A DNA stretch of 64,000 nucleotides. It comes from a virus (lineage: Duplodnaviria; Heunggongvirae; Uroviricota; Caudoviricetes). The stretch lies in IMG/VR virus record IMGVR_UViG_3300032322_002674, positions 45,458-109,457 of that record; one strand, written 5' to 3'. Shown piece by piece: positions 59,636 through 64,000 of this stretch (position 1 is the stretch's first letter; each line of letters starts with the position of its first letter). The position numbers were made by a program, and so were the translations under genes. The notes under the pieces were generated by a model. The model saw nothing but the letters and a program-made list of their open reading frames with translations. It searched no databases and was not told the DNA's origin.

Positions 59636-60294
59636 AGATATAATTGTTTAAATTTTTCATAGAAATTAACAGATTCAAAACCTTTAATATTCAAATAAAG
59701 TTCTTCATTCATTAAATCATTTAAAAGAACTTTATGTCTTTCTTTTAACATTGGTGATAGATATAAACCAACATTAAAATAATCAAATCCATTCATTTTT
59801 GCAACTTTTTGTTCAGGAAATCCATCAGTAATAATTGCATAAGATATTTGTCCTATTATTTCAGTAAAAAGTGCAGGTATTGCCTTATTTTTTGCTAATT
59901 TAATTTGTCTATTATATACTTTATATTCACCTCTTAAATTAAATTCGCCTATGTCATGAAAATAATCATGTACTGTTCTGAAAACCCAATTTTGTATAGG
60001 GGAAAAGAATAGATGTAAATCACTTGCACCTTTCCATATCTTTAATGTTCTATTATTTTTTATATCATTAACAATTTCAGAATGATTTTTATAGGGGTCA
60101 TCATCAACAAATATAACATTTATTTTACCAGTAATTCTTTTATAAAGAACATCATTAGATAATATTAAATAATTCCAATAATCAAAGTCATCTTCATTTT
60201 TTAATGGTAATTTATCATATTCTTCTGCCACTATACATGCATATACAAATTCATCATATTTATTTTTTATTGTTATATTTTCTTTAAAAAACAT
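59632..60294 (-). CDS. FRxxHDxxH-motif protein, paralog of 21013..21516
   Basis: NWVFRTVHDYFH...F...GE...ALFTEIIGQ...FPEQK; ATATTTAT at 60317-60324. Confidence 0.65.
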   Translation of the reverse strand: MFFKENITIKNKYDEFVYACIVAEEYDKLPLKNEDDFDYWNYLILSNDVLYKRITGKINVIFVDDDPYKNHSEIVNDIKNNRTLKIWKGASDLHLFFSPIQNWVFRTVHDYFHDIGEFNLRGEYKVYNRQIKLAKNKAIPALFTEIIGQISYAIITDGFPEQKVAKMNGFDYFNVGLYLSPMLKERHKVLLNDLMNEELYLNIKGFESVNFYEKFKQLYL

Positions 60295-60338
60295 TTATTA
60301 TTTTTTTACTTTTTATATAAATATATTAAATTTCTTTT

Positions 60339-61535
60339 ATGCAAAAGAGAATTTTAGTAATACCATCAGACCAATTTGGGGTTGGTACTTATCGTTCAAT
60401 AGAACCACATACTTTTTTAGAGAAATTATATCCAGAAGAATTTAAAGTGGATATTCGTTTTGTTAATGAATATGAACCAACAGAACAATATCTAAAAGAT
60501 TATCAAATAGTTCATTTTCATAGAACTGCAACTCATTATGAAAGAATGGATGAATTTTTTAGTGTTTGTAAGAAATTAGGTATTGTTACAATATGTGATA
60601 TAGATGATTACTGGTCTCCACCACATACCCATCCAGCACATAGTATTGTAAGACAATATGGTTTAGATAAATTAATAATTAAAAATATTAAAGAATCTGA
60701 TTATGTCACAACAACCACAAAAACATTCGCAGATTTAATAAAACCAATTAATAAAAATGTATTTGTAATACCAAATGCAATTAATTCAGAAAGTGAACAA
60801 TTTAAATCAAATCCTGAAAATTCTGATAAAATTAGGATTGGTTATTTATGTGGTTCTTCTCACTTACATGATGTTAAATTAATGTCATCCATTAATAGAA
60901 TTCCACAAGATTTCCCAAATACACAATTAGTTTTATGTGGTTTTGATTTGCGAGGTACAGTTAAAGAAATTAATAAAGATACTGGTGAAATGAAAGAAAG
61001 ACCAATCAAACCTATGGAAACTGTGTGGTATGAATATGAAAAAATATTTACAGATAATTATAAGAATTGTACACCGCAATATAAAGGATTTTTAAATAAA
61101 TTTATAAAAGATGATTTTAATCAATGGAATAACGAAAATTATAGAAGAGTTTGGACTAAACCTATTTCCACTTATGCATCAAATTACAATCTTTTTGATA
61201 TATCACTTGCACCTTTAGTGGATAATACATTTAATGGAGTCAAAAGTAATTTAAAGATACTAGAAGCAGGGTTTCATAAAAAAGTTTTAATTGCCCAAAA
61301 TCTACCACCATATCAAGAAGATATTATTGATGGTGAAAATGGATTTTTAATAGATTCACATAAAAATCATAAAGATTGGTATAAGAAAATTAAATTATTA
61401 ATAAATAACCCAAATAAAATAAAAGAAATGGGTGAAAAATTATATGAAACTGTTCAAAAATATGAAATAAAAGAAGTTTCAAAAAAAAGAAGGGATTTAT
61501 ATCATTCCCTTGTAAATAAGGAGGTTTTAGTATGA
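60339..61535 (+). CDS. Glycosyltransferase (GT-B / GT4-like)
   Basis: CDIDDYW, VTTTT, VIPNAI, DISLAPLVDNTFNGVKSNLKILEAG, ENGFLI. Confidence 0.85.
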   Translation: MQKRILVIPSDQFGVGTYRSIEPHTFLEKLYPEEFKVDIRFVNEYEPTEQYLKDYQIVHFHRTATHYERMDEFFSVCKKLGIVTICDIDDYWSPPHTHPAHSIVRQYGLDKLIIKNIKESDYVTTTTKTFADLIKPINKNVFVIPNAINSESEQFKSNPENSDKIRIGYLCGSSHLHDVKLMSSINRIPQDFPNTQLVLCGFDLRGTVKEINKDTGEMKERPIKPMETVWYEYEKIFTDNYKNCTPQYKGFLNKFIKDDFNQWNNENYRRVWTKPISTYASNYNLFDISLAPLVDNTFNGVKSNLKILEAGFHKKVLIAQNLPPYQEDIIDGENGFLIDSHKNHKDWYKKIKLLINNPNKIKEMGEKLYETVQKYEIKEVSKKRRDLYHSLVNKEVLV

Positions 61536-61852
61536 AAAAAGGAATATTAATATTAAGGGATACAAATGGAGAAAGAAGTAATGAATTTAGAATTGAATTT
61601 AATAATTCACCAAAAGTAACAATAAAAACTGTACCAAAATTTTTTGAGGGTAAATATTCTGGAGAAATTCCAATAGGACATAAATGGGATAATTTTCAAT
61701 TTAAAACATTAGATGTTGATAGAATACCTAATACCTTAAAAAATTATTCTTTTATAGATGGTACTGTTGAATATTTTATAGAAGGTAATACTGAATATAA
61801 AGGTAATGGTAATTATGAAACTACTATTTATAGAATAGAACAAAAATTATGA
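61532..61852 (+). CDS. Hypothetical protein
   Basis: ATGA-coupled ORF. Confidence 0.6.
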   Translation: MKKGILILRDTNGERSNEFRIEFNNSPKVTIKTVPKFFEGKYSGEIPIGHKWDNFQFKTLDVDRIPNTLKNYSFIDGTVEYFIEGNTEYKGNGNYETTIYRIEQKL

Positions 61853-62388
61853 AAATAGGTGAAATTTTAAAAGAATTAATTGAGGAAAACAGAATAAAAT
61901 TATTATTGGAAATAATTGATAATTTAATTTTACCAAATGAATACACTAAAACAATTAAAGGTAATGAAATAAAATTTACATTTAAAGATGGTGATTTAGT
62001 ATATTATGTTGCCTTTCTAAAAATTAAAGATATTGGGAAAATAATGATACCTGATACAGAACTTTATGAATTAATTAAAAACTTAGATAATAAATATTAT
62101 TTGGATTTTGGTGTGGTTATTGATGGTCAAAATGTTAATGATATTAAAACTAATAAAAACAACAGTATAACTATTTTTAAATATGTTTTTGCAATTATAG
62201 AAGAATTTATAAAAGAAAATGAAGTTAATGTATTAACTTATTATACTTATGATTTAAGTCGAGATAGAATTTATGATTTTTTTATAAATAAATTTTTAAA
62301 AGAAAAATTTTTCTACTATTCAAAAGATAAAAAACCTACCACCAATAAATTTTTAATTAATAAAAAATATGAACAAGAAAAAATATAA
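61849..62388 (+). CDS. Unknown-domain protein (family A, divergent)
   Basis: LLE|IIDNL...IFKYVFAIIEEFIKE...SRDRIYDFF. Confidence 0.55.
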   Translation: MKIGEILKELIEENRIKLLLEIIDNLILPNEYTKTIKGNEIKFTFKDGDLVYYVAFLKIKDIGKIMIPDTELYELIKNLDNKYYLDFGVVIDGQNVNDIKTNKNNSITIFKYVFAIIEEFIKENEVNVLTYYTYDLSRDRIYDFFINKFLKEKFFYYSKDKKPTTNKFLINKKYEQEKI

Positions 62389-62740
62389 AAAAATATTGGA
62401 TAAATGGAAAGATGTTAAAATAATTTTACCTGAAAGTTATAATGAGATTAGAATTGATTTTTTAGGTGAACCAAATCATTATTTAATTCACTATAATAAA
62501 GACAATATAAATTGTTTATACTACAAACACCCAAAATATTTCTTTAAACCAACATTTTATCCAAATTTATTACTATTTGGTGATATTATTAACTTTATAA
62601 AAGAATTGAATTTTAAAGGAAAAATAGGATTTGAAAAAATTAATTATGATGGTTTAAATAAGTTTGTGAAAATACTTTTAAAAAGAAATAACATCCAATT
62701 TCAGGAGAACGAAAAATATATTTATACAGAAGTATTTTAA
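62369..62740 (+). CDS. Hypothetical protein
   Basis: Overlapping ORF in the + strand run. Confidence 0.55.
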   Translation: MNKKKYKKILDKWKDVKIILPESYNEIRIDFLGEPNHYLIHYNKDNINCLYYKHPKYFFKPTFYPNLLLFGDIINFIKELNFKGKIGFEKINYDGLNKFVKILLKRNNIQFQENEKYIYTEVF

Positions 62741-62793
62741 TGCAAAGTTAATAAATAACTTTAACTTTCTGAAAACTACATTATATTTCTTAC

Positions 62794-63150
62794 ATGAGTA
62801 CAAAAACAAATAAAGTGTCAACAACTTCAAGGAAGTTTGTGACAAAAGGTTCAAAACCTACGGAAAAGAGTCAAATGACTAAAAACTCAATTACCAAATC
62901 ATCTAAAACAATTAAAACTCCAAAGATGGTTGCGAAAACTACTAAATCTAACCAAACTTGGTATGATTTAAAAGGTTATGTTGGTTTCTATGAAATTAAT
63001 AAAACTGGTATGATTCGTAACAAAAAAACAGGGTATGTTTTAGTAGGTTATGGTAAAAACAAAGATGGTTACTCCCTATACAACAGAAACGGTGAACGTA
63101 AAATCTGGTATAGAAGTAACTTAATCAAACACCAATTCGGTAATATCTAA
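62794..63150 (+). CDS. NUMOD4-motif protein with Lys/Thr/Ser-rich basic N-terminus
   Basis: WYDLKGYVGFYEINKTGMIRN; no HNH domain follows. Confidence 0.6.
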   Translation: MSTKTNKVSTTSRKFVTKGSKPTEKSQMTKNSITKSSKTIKTPKMVAKTTKSNQTWYDLKGYVGFYEINKTGMIRNKKTGYVLVGYGKNKDGYSLYNRNGERKIWYRSNLIKHQFGNI

Positions 63151-63159
63151 TACCGATAA

Positions 63160-63236
63160 AATTCTATCCATAATATTTAAGTTTTAATAGTCCCTTTTAT
63201 TATCTGTTATAATATTGTGGATAGAATTCTTTTTTT
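63160..63236 (+). terminator. Long hairpin followed by a T tract
   Basis: aattctatccataatatt (63160-63177) pairs with aatattgtggatagaatt (63211-63228) with one G:U; T7 follows. Confidence 0.55.
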
Positions 63237-63255
63237 CACAATTAAATAATTTTAA

Positions 63256-63399
63256 ATGTTAACTTCTTTATTAATAATTTTTCTTATTATCTTCATTATT
63301 TCCAAAACCGATTTTACAAAGTTTGGTTTAGGAAAAAAAGATAAAAAATGTTGTGGTAATTGTTCTTGTAATAATGAAAAACAACAATTAAATGGGTAA
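63256..63399 (+). CDS. 47-aa membrane protein with C-terminal CCGNCSC cluster (not in ORF track)
   Basis: MLTSLLIIFLIIFII...KKCCGNCSC; similar in layout to FeoB-associated Cys-rich proteins. Confidence 0.5.
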   Translation: MLTSLLIIFLIIFIISKTDFTKFGLGKKDKKCCGNCSCNNEKQQLNG

Positions 63400-64000
63400 T
63401 CAAAATACATTCTTTCAATTAGAAGAAATAGAAGAAAAAAAATTGTATAATAATGATACAGTTATTAAATCAATTTCTTTTGACCAAAATGAAATATTAA
63501 GGAATATAATTAAACTTTATATTGAGGAAGGTTTTTTTGAATGTGACCCAACTTATTCAAAAGGAAACTTTTATAAGAAAGGAATTAAAGAACCAATTCA
63601 TAAATTTGATTTATATCCTCAAACCAATGATACCATTGAGGCATCATCAGATGATTTACCACTTGATAATGAATCTGTAAATTCAATATTATTTGACCCA
63701 GTATTTACAGTTGGTATTCCAAATTCATCTAAAGGTAAATCAGGAAGTAATATAATTGCAAATAGATTTGGTTCATTTAAAACAATGAAAGATTTGTGGG
63801 ATTATTATTATAAAACCTTAAAAGAATGTCATAGAATACTCAAACCAAATAAATTTTTGGTTGTTAAATGTCAAGACACGGTTTCATCTTCAAAACAATA
63901 TTTATCTCATGTTGAATTGATTAATCAAGGAACTGAAATCGGGTTTTATTGTAAGGATATGTTTATTCTAAATGCAAAAAATAGAATATTATCTGGTAAA
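63392..64000 (+). CDS. Amino-methyltransferase-like (N6A/N4C) protein, 3'-truncated by the window edge
   Basis: Hand translation: FECDPTYSKGNFY (SAM-binding-like), SILFDPVF (motif IV variant), ECHRILKP...VVKCQD. Confidence 0.75.
   Translation, partial: MGNQNTFFQLEEIEEKKLYNNDTVIKSISFDQNEILRNIIKLYIEEGFFECDPTYSKGNFYKKGIKEPIHKFDLYPQTNDTIEASSDDLPLDNESVNSILFDPVFTVGIPNSSKGKSGSNIIANRFGSFKTMKDLWDYYYKTLKECHRILKPNKFLVVKCQDTVSSSKQYLSHVELINQGTEIGFYCKDMFILNAKNRILSGK

Noticed and set aside
62743-62750. TAACTTTG box on the minus strand pointing into + strand genes
   Set aside because: No leftward gene and no clear -33 element; cannot be distinguished from chance without TSS data.
1-64000. tRNA, rRNA or group I/II intron
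   Set aside because: No T-loop or cloverleaf-like GC-rich segments were seen; terL, gltX, sigma and the helicase read without interruption. A tRNAscan/Infernal run would be definitive.
1-64000. Stop-codon reassignment
   Set aside because: Long genes are intact under code 11, and TGA is used as a stop in ATGA overlaps.
60339-64000. Glycosyltransferase plus methyltransferase as a DNA hypermodification system
   Set aside because: No base-hydroxylase or nucleotide-modifying genes are in the window; the GT could equally modify virion proteins or the host surface.

Overview
A very AT-rich, gene-dense segment of a large tailed (myovirus-type, probably jumbo) phage. The host is probably a Bacteroidetes: there are TAnnTTTG promoters, a Bacteroidetes-style GluRS and no clear Shine-Dalgarno sites. 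It holds T4-like morphogenesis genes (gp13-like neck, gp53/LysM-like, gp25-like, baseplate/tail proteins, large terminase), a SNF2 helicase, a sigma-70 factor, a Pnk-phosphatase-RNA ligase plus a second ligase, GluRS, an archaeal-type SAM synthetase, an M42 peptidase, a GNAT, an amidase, a glycosyltransferase and a methyltransferase. I found no tRNA, rRNA, CRISPR array or transposase. The main unexplained signal is a family of multi-module ORFs, most preceded by a putative late-promoter motif, whose modules are separated by [ILV]-x-E sites that match T4 prohead-protease specificity. Nine modules in four genes begin with the same ~20-aa peptide, LKSRAxxQEKQxxEY, which suggests protease-processed, capsid-packaged cargo carrying a shared tag. 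Other leads are a probable +1 frameshift on a T7 run in a tail-assembly gene, an AT-rich tandem repeat that may be an origin, a second shared N-terminal motif (F-[FW]-[QT]-[VIL]-[ED]-E) and apparent GATC avoidance. All family assignments come from motif recognition by eye; no searches were run.
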